NCBI GenBank assembly: GCA_977016875.1
Contig: CDRNST010000072.1
Location: 682,001-746,000 of the forward strand
Source of the DNA: Pavona decussata
Taxonomy: Eukaryota
Length of the DNA: 64,000 bases
Direction: 5' to 3'
The number at the start of each line of letters is the position of its first letter. Within the stretch, counting starts at the first letter, position 1. Both the position numbers and the translations under genes were made by a program. The notes under the pieces were generated by a model. It did no database searches. It saw nothing but the letters and a program-made list of their open reading frames with translations, and was not told the DNA's origin. Below are positions 24,903 to 36,492 of this stretch, piece after piece.

Positions 24903-27900
24903 TCAACATCAAACATTCAGTGCTAAAGAGATGTTACTTTAGAAACCATGTGAACTGTAGGAACTGAGTTGCATGTTGCGACTGTGAAAAGTGCAGGACC
25001 AGAGGGAGCAAATTTAGAACATTAATTGTTGCAGATATCATGTAAACAGCATTTTTTTCGTACCAATATTTATACCAGTTGTTGTTTGTTATCCCCTCTT
25101 GTTCTTTTGCTCACATTTGTTATCATGAAGCTGGAGAGACACTAGGTGATTTTATGTGCCGATGCGGCAATCGACAAAAATCATGTAGGTGTGCCTACTA
25201 CTACAAATTATGAGGATTTTTGTCAATTACCTTGTACTTTAGTACAGTATCACAGTGCATGTGCTGTATATTAATCTGGTTTCATGGCCTTGTTTTAACA
25301 TGAGTCTTCCAAGAGCATCAGCTTCCAGTTGGTAGATTAGGTCTTTGGCTCCTTCATGAACTGCAAATCACTTGACTTGGACTGAGTACAACACCCCAAA
25401 ATATGGAATTCTTTACCAACTTTTATAAAGCAGCCATGAGTAATCACATTTTTAAACAACTAATGAAAACCTTACTAAGAGGAAACTATTTAATGCATCA
25501 GCTTTACTTTATATACGAAATGTTTGGAGAGAAAATCTTGATCATACTATATAAGCTCCTAGCTTAGTTTCGTTTAGATTTCCTGGCGTTTAACATCATT
25601 AGTCCATTATTTCTTTTGCTAATTTGTATTTATTGTGGTTCAGTTTTATGCTTGGTTCAATTTTTATTTTCCTTGCATGGTTTTTGCCAAGAATAAAGCT
25701 GAACCACAACATAGTATCTCTCTTTGTAATTTACTAAGCTGTAAGTTTCAAGTTTATCAAGTTTTCCAAAAAGGTACTTACAATGATCAATGCCTGCAAA
25801 TAGCAAGCTAATCTAGGCAGGCGGTGTTAAGGACATACATACATGAATTTCTAATTGAAGGCGTTAAAAAAAGTCAATTTTGAATACATTATTTGTCAAA
25901 TAAGTAATGAAAAGTGAAGAAAAATATTATGATTTATGATTGAACTATAATTAAGATGACTTTTTTATTTCAGAGAGGAGAGTGCTAGTGTCAGCATAAC
26001 TGTCCAGAGTTTCTAAAGTTACAAATAGTAATGCTTGAATTTTCTTTTTGAATATGTGCTTTGGTAGTCTTCGATAGCTTTTGGGAATGCTTTTCTGAAT
26101 TTTAGCTTCAACGATGAAAAAAGAGTTTTTATAATGATTGAGCCTAGAATAATTGATATAGTAGTTACCAGAAGATGCTGAGTGAGTATTACTGATGTAT
26201 GTCTTGTGTAGAAGTGAAAAGATAAGCTATTTAGTTCATGATCTTGATGTATAATAATTTGTCTTTTTATCTTAGTTTGCAATTTTTTTTTATGGTAAAA
26301 TACAAAAAAATAAAGAGGGTTTTACTGTCCTTGTCAATTTTTTTTTAAATTGACCCTTAGGGTGGAAATGAAAAGAACACACCAACACTGACGGATTCAA
26401 AATTATCAGAAATTACTGATGTATCAAACTGTAGTGAAAATATCTGAAAATTACAATGTTCTGTGTAATAGGTAGACATTTAAAAACAATGGGTGGAATG
26501 CACGAATTGCTGTTGTCAATCAACCTGATATTAAAACGTAATAATTATTTATTTATAATGAAATAAAAAAAAATCACCCAGTTGATTGGCTAATTGAGCT
26601 GAGATCACAAAATTTGGATTTGTCCGCAGCATTTAATGTGACAAAGGCCATTTATGCGATTTCAAAAATGGCTGTCTACTTACAGCACTGGAAAGTGCTT
26701 GCTCTTAAAATGTCATTTATTTACCCTAATAAACAGGAAGTTTTATTTTTGATGACTTTTTCACTAGCCGCAGAGCACTTTAATTAAGTAACACCAAGAG
26801 AAAATAAGTGGACAGAGAGGGAGACTCCCAGTATAGCCCTTGGGATATGTGAATTTCACTTGTTATTTCTCCCAGACATTGTGGAAATGTCCGCAAATGT
26901 ACCTAGACACCTGCAAATGCCACTTAGGAAAGCCATACTGAATATTCAACAGCTGCCATTACACAACGTGACATTGGCACGCGCCAATGACTTCCTGTGA
27001 TGTCACACTGGCCGTTTGTGGATGTCTCAGGAAACCAACTTCTGTTTAGACGACGTCTAAAAATAAATTAAGTAAAATTCACATATCCCAGCCAATGCCC
27101 CTAGTTTCCCTCTCTTCCCCCTTATTTTTTCTTGGTAACATGAGATATGTCCAGAAATGCACTTTAGTGAGATTCGTGAACTGTATGATAGACATCACAA
27201 GGTGTCCCCTAACCTCAATTCTCACTAAAACACACATAATTCTGTCAAACATGAAGTCATATGAAAACGACAAAAACGCAGGCCTGTTTTACACGAAGTA
27301 CCCAAATTCAGGGTAAGGTGCATTTCTGGACATAAGTGGGTAACATGACATTGAAACTTCTGTAATTTGCATGGTTCTCATTGTTTCCCATGGCATGCAT
27401 GTTGCGTAACTATTTTTTTCAATAAAACAAAAAATTCATAACTGGTAGGTTTTCCTATTTGACTTCTCAATCACCCACGTGACAACCAGAGAGGTGACAA
27501 TTTTTATTCTGGTAATTTAGTGCTCGTGGCACTGATCGTGTGTCAATCAGTTTTTCCACCTTGTCTGCTCCTGTGTGCGTGCAAACTACTGGACAACATG
27601 GATAAAAGGTGAGTTTGTTGATTTTGTAAGTTTTGGTCTCTGTTGACTTGCAAGGAAGCTAAGGTGAAATAGGCAAATCCAAGATGGCGACCACAAAGGT
27701 GTCATGCTTCCTACTATACTAGTACCAGTCCCATTACAACACGCGGCAATTAAGACAGTAAAAAGGATTCTTAAACCAAAAAATAGTGAAAAATAATATG
27801 AAATCATTTCAAGGCAAAATTTTGATATTTGTTAAGTACTGAGCCAATCAACAAGCTCCATTGAATTACCGGCAGGTCCATATATCTGTATTCCATGCAT

Positions 27901-28553
27901 TTGGGACACCCTTATTTTACATGGAAATTAAGTTACATAATTACAAGAGCAAATGATGATTTACAGAGAAAAAAATCACTTCACTGGCTGGGTCAATTAG
28001 AACTGTTTTAAAACTCTTGAGCAAATTTTAATAATCTATTCAAAATAATGCAGTGCATCCCTGCATATTAAACAACCATGTTACTGCAACAACTACAATA
28101 TGTTATTATTAAAAACATAACAGTTACTATTGGTAGCAAATGAATGTTGCCAGCAGTCATTTTATAATAAACTAAAGTGTTCAATGACGATATGTGGTCT
28201 GAAAAAACAGACGTCTATATTTTGCGATAACACCACTGACACTCCATGAAGTGAAACCATTGTTTACCACAAAATATCATTTCTCAGGCTTTGATGGTTG
28301 GGTAAGAAAAGAATTGAGGCTGGAAACAATTCAAGCACCAAAACGTTTCTCATGAGGCAATAATGTCTTAAATATACCCTCCGCAAGGACCACCACTGTC
28401 TTCCTTTCTGCACTGATTGCAGCAAATTTCATTGCCAGCTAACATTATTATGGCAGAACTTAGTATAGACACAATAGGTGATTATTTTTACACCAATGAT
28501 GACAATTTGTACTCCACTTTAATGTTGGCGCTGGCCATTTTGAAAAGTCATGA

Positions 28554-28810
28554 TAAGGGCGATTTAGAAGGTACAATTTTTCCTTTGATTTGTCGTATGC
28601 CTACAACACAAATTGCGTCGTGTAAATCAACCTACGACATCCTTACGACAGACGCACACAACACGAAAAATGTTGTATGACAATCGTAGGTAAAGGCAAT
28701 GTTGAGAGGCGAGAGTTGTGTACGATTTTTACACGACGCAAGCAGCACGCACTCTAGAAATCGCATGCGACAGTCGTAAGAGAAAATTGTACCGTCTGAA
28801 TTGCCCTTTA
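28554..28810. mobile_element. Degenerate MITE
   Basis: aagggcgatttagaaggtacaatttt / aaaattgtaccgtctgaattgccctt inverted termini. Confidence 0.6.
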
Positions 28811-29169
28811 GGAAACAATTACTGTGAGGTCTGACTGTTTAATTAGCTGGCGGCAAGCACATAAAATCACAGGAGGGAACACCTGGCAAACAAGGGCAAA
28901 TTTATAACCGCTGAGATCTGATACACCAGATATTTAAATATGCTAATCACCTCACTGTGATTGGTGAAAATCTTCATAAATTTCCATTTAGCAGGCACAC
29001 CTAGCGAATATAAATCACCAAGTGTCTCTCCAGCTTTATGATGACAAATGTAAGCAAAAGAACAAGAGGGGATAACAAACAACTGGTGTAATTGAAGCAC
29101 TAAGAGCATAACCGATCCAAATGACATTATTGTCTCAGGTCAGAATCACCAGAGTTTTGTGGGCAGTGC

Positions 29170-29676
29170 ACTGCTGACTAACCATCGTGTTGTCAGGTAT
29201 GTAAGAGTCAGTGAGTGTCCAGAAACAAACAGGTCCACAGACCGTGCATAGCAGTACGCACATGTATACACTGTATACCTATTTTTGTATGTGGCCTTGA
29301 ATTCCCTCAGAAAAAGTTGCTCCAATATTTTATCTCCTGTTTTCCGCTTCATTTTGTGATAAAAACAGAAACCTTGCCCATCATTACCAGTCTAATCTGA
29401 AGTCTTATGGAGACAGATCTTTTCAAGTTGCTGCCCCCAGACTTTGGAACACACTACCTAATAGCATTAAGATTAATCCAATCCCTGAACGTTTTATAAA
29501 ATAAAAACACTTCCATTTATATTTTTAACTATCGTTCCAAGGAGCATTTTATCTTGTAAAGAATCATTTTAGCATTTTATCATTGTCTGAGAAATTGCAT
29601 TTTTTCTGTTTTTTAATATTTTTACTTTTGTAAAGCGCCACAAGCTTTTAGGATATATTGCCCTGCATAACTACTC

Positions 29677-29736
<60 letters not shown>

Positions 29737-30081
29737 GGAAGTGTTTTTATTTTATAAAACGTTCAGGGATTGGATTAATCTTAATGCTATTAGGTAGTGT
29801 GTTCCAAAGTCTGGGGGCAGCAACTTGAAAAGATCTGTCTCCATAAGACTTCAGATTAGACTGGTAATTATGGGCAAGGTTTCTGTTTTTATCACAAAAT
29901 GAAGCGGAAAACAGGAGATAAAATATTGGAGCAACTTTTTCTGAGGGAATTCAAGGCCACATACAAAAATAGGTATACAGTGTATACATGTGCGTACTGC
30001 TATGCACGGTCTGTGGACCTGTTTGTTTCTGGACACTCACTGACTCTTACATACCTGACAACACGATGGTTAGTCAGCAGT
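29170..30081. repeat. 347-bp near-perfect inverted repeat (arms 29170-29516 and 29735-30081) around a LINE 3'UTR/(ATT)n spacer
   Basis: Arms are reverse complements with about one mismatch (catcattacc vs cataattacc). Identical mirror ORFs 29215+/29851-. Confidence 0.95.
29370..29734 (+). mobile_element. 3' fragment of L2/CR1-type LINE with (ATT)n tail
   Basis: Encodes LKSYGDRSFQVAAPRLWNTLPNSIK, a typical L2/CR1 ORF2 C-terminus, then tgtaaagcgc... and (ATT)~19. Confidence 0.75.
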
Positions 30082-30379
30082 CAGACATTGACATTGAAAC
30101 TGCAGAAGGGGCCATTTGAGAGATGCGTATTTTGTTTATTTATTTATTATTTTTTCTTTTTATCAAGTAGACCGATTTTAAAATGCCGAATTTGATTTTT
30201 TTTTTTAAAAAAACTTCATGACATTTGTTCTTTTTTTCTTTTTCTTTACAAAAACATTGTTGCTTAAAAATATTATCTTTTTTTTAATCGAAAAGAAATG
30301 TGAATAGGTTTTTTAATAGCTCTTTTTTTTATATACTTTTAACTTGTAAATAGCAATTTGTGTGGAATATTTTAATAAA

Positions 30380-30420
<41 letters not shown>

Positions 30421-30630
30421 CACCATTATCATTATCAATGAATGAATAATATTGTTGTAACTTGATGAGATTTTTTCCTCTTTTCTTAAAAAAAAAATTG
30501 TGCTTAAAAATAGTCTTTTTTTTTAATCGAAAAGTATTGTAAAAAAAAAGTTTTAATAGCTCTTTTCTCTACTTTTAACCTGTAAATAACACCTTACTTG
30601 AAATATTTTAATAAAGAGATTATTATTATT
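30082..30630 (+). mobile_element. Two tandem 3'-end fragments of the CRE-like element family seen at 12272-13115
   Basis: 30437-30630 and ~30250-30420 resemble 12915-13090 (gtgcttaaaa..agtctttttttaatcgaaaag...ttttaacctgtaaataac). Each ends in (ATT)n. Confidence 0.7.
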
Positions 30631-31006
30631 CTATTTAAAAAATTATCATTATCATTATCATTATCATAATCATTATTATTGTTATTGTTAGTATAATTAC
30701 AGGTTTTTATTACAAATGAAGCGCACAGCATTGTTGAAGGCATTCAAGGCAAGTATGCAAAACAAAAACTCCTGTGAACCTGTGAACGGATTTGAAAAGT
30801 CATTTGGGTTGGCTTTGCTCTCAGCCCTTCAATAAGTATTAGTAGGACACAAAATGCTGTTTACATGATACATGCAACAAATATTTTAACTCTGCTTCCT
30901 CAGGTCCGGCACTTTTCACAGTCGCAACATGGAACTCAGTTCCTCCAGTTCACATGGTTTCTAAAGTACCATCTCATTAGAATGTTTGAATCTTAAATGA
31001 TATTGA

Positions 31007-32764
31007 TTACTTGGTGAAAAACCTTTTTGGCAATCTTAGCAAAGATGCTTGAACTCTTGTCCTGGCATTTGGCATGGAGGCATTCACTTGTTTCCATTCA
31101 TTGCATTTAGCATCGTAACACTCCACAGTATCTAGAAACTTCCGCTCATCCTCACCACCAAACACATACACAGTTTCATCCACACAAACAATTCCACACT
31201 CTGCACGGGGGACAGTTGGACTGGCTGACACCAAGCTCCACTGATTTACACACGGATCAAAAATTTCACAAGTAGGTTCAAAATTTGTTTCACTTTGGTT
31301 AGCAAATCCCCCCACAACAAAAATTTTTGCACCCATGGAGGTTGCAGCAGCACCCTTACGACGGTTTGTAAGACTCGCACTTCTTTTCCACTCATTTGTT
31401 AAGGGATTGTAATTCTCCACACCTTTGAGGCAATCCTCACCATCATAACCTGCTATTACATAGATGAGATCTTCCAAAACAACTGAACAATGACGAGCAC
31501 GAGCAGATTCCATCGATGCTAACTGTTTCCATGTATTACAGATTGGAGTATACTTATAAACTTCATCTTTTATAAACTCGTCAAATTCATCATTGTAATA
31601 TAGACCACCAATCAAGTATAGTTCTTCTTTGCATGATGTCAGTGTGGCACCTCCATGAATGGATAACGTTGTGTCCTTTGCCGTCCATGAATTGTCATAT
31701 GGATTAAAACAACTTACTCTAGCTGATTTGGCATCCATTCCATACAAAAGTCCACTACAGACGGTACAAATATATTCAATACTATCTTCTGCAAGGCAAG
31801 AGTAAGGCACTTGTGATAATGACTGCCATTTGTTTGTAACAAGGGAAAAACACTCCGTGTCTAGACATAGACCTCCACTGCCTTCACCGCCAGTTAGTAC
31901 TACTACAACTTCTTCCTTGTCTATGGATATGCGATGTTTGAGCGTAGTGCTTAAAAACCGATCCGGAAATAGAAAAAAGTCCATGCCATTAATCAGGATA
32001 GTCATGCAAATCAGGCTTTTGGTGATCAATCCTTCTTTACTTAGCATCGTCTGCAGGCTGTATTTTGACATCGAAAACAACCTCAAACATTTCAAAAGAT
32101 CGGGCAAAAAGCATTCTCTCGTCGGCAAATCGTGCTTGACCCACGCCATCACGGCTTCATAAACTTGTTCTTCTTCGGAGACATTCAGCTCGTCTTTACA
32201 CAACAATTCTTTGACTTGCGCAAACCCAAGCGACAGAAAATCCTCGGATTTCACAAAGGCAACAAAATGCTGACACTTGTACTTCGCTGCCGCCTGCCTG
32301 AGCGAGTCACAGTTGTACTGAGAAGCAAAAGATTCCAGAACCAGACAGTTTGAAACATTCATTGATTCGCTCAAGAATTGTGCAGCTTTTGACTTCAAGC
32401 CTGGAATTATCAAATAGTCAGAGGCTACGACAAGATCCTGTGCGTTGGAAGAGCTGATGTTTACTTCGCCAGTGTAAATAAATTGCAGAACTTCTGCGAC
32501 AATAGTTGATTTCATCTCGTTTAGTTCCACCAAATTACTCTGGTTTTCCTGTAAGTCACTGGAAAACAGAGCCCTAAAGTAATCGCTCGCTGCAGATAAC
32601 ACATGCCTGTGAGCAGAGAAGTCCTTTCCTTCAGCACGAATAGTTGTGTCGCACAGAAAGTTTGATTTTCTGAGATCGTCTAATTTGTGCAACAATTCGT
32701 CTTTAAATTTCTCGTCAATAACTTTAGTTTGTTGCTCATCTTGTTCCTCGCTGGGTTCCGCCAT
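31007..32764 (-). CDS. Kelch-like protein (BTB-BACK-Kelch), intronless, 585 aa, paralogue of 23139-24902
   Basis: Same domain order and motifs as the + strand copy, colinear end to end (both end LLRLPK..FTK). Confidence 0.95.
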   Translation of the reverse strand: MAEPSEEQDEQQTKVIDEKFKDELLHKLDDLRKSNFLCDTTIRAEGKDFSAHRHVLSAASDYFRALFSSDLQENQSNLVELNEMKSTIVAEVLQFIYTGEVNISSSNAQDLVVASDYLIIPGLKSKAAQFLSESMNVSNCLVLESFASQYNCDSLRQAAAKYKCQHFVAFVKSEDFLSLGFAQVKELLCKDELNVSEEEQVYEAVMAWVKHDLPTRECFLPDLLKCLRLFSMSKYSLQTMLSKEGLITKSLICMTILINGMDFFLFPDRFLSTTLKHRISIDKEEVVVVLTGGEGSGGLCLDTECFSLVTNKWQSLSQVPYSCLAEDSIEYICTVCSGLLYGMDAKSARVSCFNPYDNSWTAKDTTLSIHGGATLTSCKEELYLIGGLYYNDEFDEFIKDEVYKYTPICNTWKQLASMESARARHCSVVLEDLIYVIAGYDGEDCLKGVENYNPLTNEWKRSASLTNRRKGAAATSMGAKIFVVGGFANQSETNFEPTCEIFDPCVNQWSLVSASPTVPRAECGIVCVDETVYVFGGEDERKFLDTVECYDAKCNEWKQVNASMPNARTRVQASLLRLPKRFFTK

Positions 32765-33239
32765 TGCTGCGTGTTGCGTTACTTTCTACTGTCACGTTTA
32801 CCCAGAACACTCCTTGATCCTCCTGAGAGTCCACTGCCTCCTGCCTGGACCCCACTTCCCCGCTTCCCACTACCCCGCTTCCTTAATCTTATCGGCATAG
32901 CCACCCGTCTATTAAAGTGACAATGAAATTTAAACCTCATTTTTTTGTTTATATAGCAATGCAGACTCTTGTCAGATGAATATTTAAAGTAGAGGTGAAA
33001 ACTGCAAAGGACCGCGAACGATAATAGTGAGCTTACGCAACAGGACGGCTGAGGGAAAGGGACGGTGAAATATCGTTGTGTGACCAACATGACATCTTGG
33101 TACCTTCATATTTTGAGGCGATTTTCGACTAAAACTGATGTTTTCTTATCTGTGACAACCTGAAAACCACGAGCGGTAGGAATGTTACAATCTAGAGTCA
33201 TGAAAACTTGGACGTCACGTTGGCCACACAAGGACAATA

Positions 33240-33548
33240 TAGACTGTTCACAGCCCCCCTATTTTTCCGTGGGATTCTCGAGACCGGTAGGCTTCTATGG
33301 AACCGCCGCCATCTTTGTTTATATAAGCGAGCGCGATCTGGGGAGAGTGTCTAAACTACCGAGGGGAGCGGGAGTGGGTGTTAGTATAGTGGGGGAAGGG
33401 AAGCGAAAAAATATTTTTCCCGCCGCCTCCCAACTCCGCTCCCCTCCCCTCGGTAGTTTAGACACTCTCCCCAGATCGCGCTCGCTTATACCGAAGCGTA
33501 CCGGTCTCGAGAATCCCACGGAAAAATAGGGGGGCTGTGAACAGTCTA
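33240..33548. mobile_element. Academ-like palindromic element, same family as 22525-22725 (longer variant)
   Basis: tagactgttcacagcccccctatttttccgtgggattctcgagaccggta ... gaatcccacggaaaaataggggggctgtgaacagtcta. No clean TSD. Confidence 0.8.
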
Positions 33549-34624
33549 CAGACAAGCTAGGTGGAAAAAGTTTTCAAAATGTTTACAGCCGCCAACATGA
33601 GATTCGCGTTCGTGCTTTCTTGCAAAAATAAATACATAGACGAGAATTGTGCAAAAATAACTCTGGAGTTTGATGCTAACACAAAATACTCAATTTGGCT
33701 GTGAAACCTCACTCATTGTGTCCCCAAATTTGTATGGGATTTTCTCCGGCTATAAGGCATTGACACGTTAATAAAGTTCTAGTCTTTTCTATTCTATTCT
33801 CCACAGAAGCTCCTTCATAAGAAATAGGAGCGAAAATCACTCTCTCCAGTCCATTATTTGTCTCCGCTCGGGTGCGAAAGAGGCCCAGCTGTGGAGGAAA
33901 GAGCTGTCGGATACAGTGATACTGGAGCGAGCGGCAAATGAAGGATAAAACATGGTCACGTGGTCATCTCTGCCGTTTGCCGTTTGGCGTAAACTTGATT
34001 CTAAATCTCTCTATTAGCTATTATTCAGGTATAGTTTTAGAAATGATATGAATAATTTTTTGAGAAAAGGACTGTTGTAATAACTGGGATAATTTTGTAA
34101 ATTCCAGTAAAAAACTCAACCCTGCAAACACAAAACGCGTATAAAACCGCCGGACCACACGACGGGTAATTTTTCTCTAATTTTTGTAGAGATACACGTG
34201 CCTGACATTACTTCACGTGTAAATAAACCAAAGTGCTTACAAGGTTGGCACTACGGCAAATTTATTAGCAACGGGAGGTTCTTGTCCTCTTTTGTGAGTG
34301 AGTATTGCGAACAGCTACTGAAGCCGGCATGTCCATGACACATGTCACGTGACCTGAGCAAGACTCAGCAGAGTTGAAACTCAAACAGTGTAGAGTCAAA
34401 AACTTATAAATTCAACCAAAATTACCTCTCGGGTTTTATTTTGAAGCTTTGCAGTTCTTTTTAAATGCTACAATCATGAATGTCTCGGCCGATAGAATCT
34501 TTATCAATGCGTCAACAGTGGCGCACAAAATCCTTGCCATAGTAGCCTATAGCTGGCTTATGCCACATGCTGTTAGGTACGCCTGTATACCTGATGAAAC
34601 AAGTGGCTTTTAATACAATTTTAA

Positions 34625-35011
34625 AGGGGCAGTGTCACCTATTTTTAGTGTCACTATGAATAGCCAAAAACAAACTTGTTTCAATGGAATCGTTAAAATA
34701 ATGGTTTTGTAAGTTTTGTTAGCAATAGCCCTACTAGAGCACAGAAACCAGTACTAATTATGTTTGGCCAGGGATGGCTAGGATAGAAATGGCTTCCAAC
34801 TTGAAAAAATTGGCCGATTTTTTAACGGTTCTTCCTGCGTATTTTAGAGAAGTCGCTAAAAGTTGATTATGGTTTGCTTTTCCTAGGAGAAAAACCTTAA
34901 TATTTTTTCCCGGTGTTGTAAGAGCAAATTTATGTTACAAAAGAGGTTCTTTGTCAAATTGTTGAGCAGGTTTTGACCAAAATATAGCAAAATCGCCGTG
35001 ACGCTGCCGCT
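34625..35011. mobile_element. MITE with TTAA target site (Kolobok-like termini)
   Basis: TTAA|aggggcagtgtcac ... gtgacgctgccgct|TTAA. Confidence 0.65.
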
Positions 35012-35119
35012 TTAAGGCAAATCTTGCCGGATCTCTATCTAGTATTCAAATTTCTACGAAGAAAGCTATATCATCTGCATCTCCCATTAGAAATCTTACA
35101 ATGATCGTGTGTTCTTTTG

Positions 35120-35225
35120 AATATAATACAATACAGTACAGAATACAATATGATACAATGCAATGCAGCACAATACAGTATACAATACAATACTCGATGC
35201 TCGATGCGATACAGTACAATGCATC
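35120..35225. repeat. Degenerate (TACAA/TGCAA)n pentanucleotide repeat
   Basis: tacaatacaatac..., tgcaatgcag. Confidence 0.6.
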
Positions 35226-36492
35226 GCAGAAATGTTAAAAATATACATTATATTACAGGTATTGAAAGTGAATCGTCTAAAATTGCTAGCTGACATTTAA
35301 AATTTTGAAAAAAAAAAAAAAAATCAGGCCAGACTATTAATATAGTTTTCACTTTAGCATTTTAAAGGTAACTCGCTGTATCCAAAAGGCTATTCCACAG
35401 CTTTGTTGCAAGAAAACGCCCAAATCAGTTTAATGTCTCAGGTGCGCACTTCACGCGACATTTCAAAAATTTGTCTACTTTTAATAAACTAAAGACAATG
35501 TTTCGCGACCCTAAATTTCAACTATTTTGAAGACAACCTTTCGTTTGATAGATAATAAACTATTCGACATTGTCGTAAACCTTTATATGCATATGGTACA
35601 AAACACTACAGCAGTTTACTCCAACGTAAAAAAACTTTCTCCGGAGCAGGTCTCTCCTCATTATATATCTGAACAAAATTTAATGTAAATAATCCAAACT
35701 GAACTACAATCGACCGACAGCATTATTTGCAAAGCAAAACAAATTAACATCGCCCATGTTTTTGTCTTGTTATCGAGCTCCTAATAATTAAAAAAAGGAA
35801 TTGTGGCAGTAGTTTTTAAGAAAGTTACTATTTCTACACGCATCAGCGACATCGACATTGCATGCTGTAAGCTTATAATTTAGTTGATCGATGAAAAAAG
35901 CGATTAAGATTTAGCGTTGTGAAGCCGAAGACCAAACCGGGAAAACTAACCGTTAGAGTCATTTCAGAAATTGTAAGGTGTTGGTTTCAATTTTTGCCCG
36001 AGGAAAAACGCCTCAAGATTGGCGGCGTCGTGGTCAACGACAAATCGGCTATTATTTTGTTTACAAAAGCCAGGAGAGTGCATTCGGCTTAATTTCACTT
36101 AGTACAACTATTATAAGAAACGGAATAAGTATTTAGAACTTTTAACTAACAGGCAATTTTTAAATTAAAGCCACCGACACAACTCAATGTTGACGAAATT
36201 TATTGATCGTGAACTGCAGCCCATTTTTAAATGAATTTTGTCAAGAAAATGACATTGTTAGAAAACGAGGTGGTAACTCATGATGTTAAATAATGTCGGT
36301 TTTTTGTTCTTCCTTTACGATATATATAATTAAACTGCTTTGAGATGTGCCCTTGATAAACGTTACATACAAACACTATTCTCTACATAGCTTTTACACT
36401 AATCTTGACATTTTCAGCTAGGACGATAGTCATTCGTAGACTCAAACGTTTAATAGAGCCACTTGACTTGACTCCACGAAAACTTTGGACCG

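Noticed and set aside
29146-30195. Paired identical 61-68 aa ORFs as a small gene pair
   Set aside because: They are by-products of the 347-bp inverted duplication and have no recognisable protein features.
34585-34610. Hammerhead ribozyme core (ctgatga...gaaa)
   Set aside because: No stem II between CUGAUGA and GAAA and no flanking helices.
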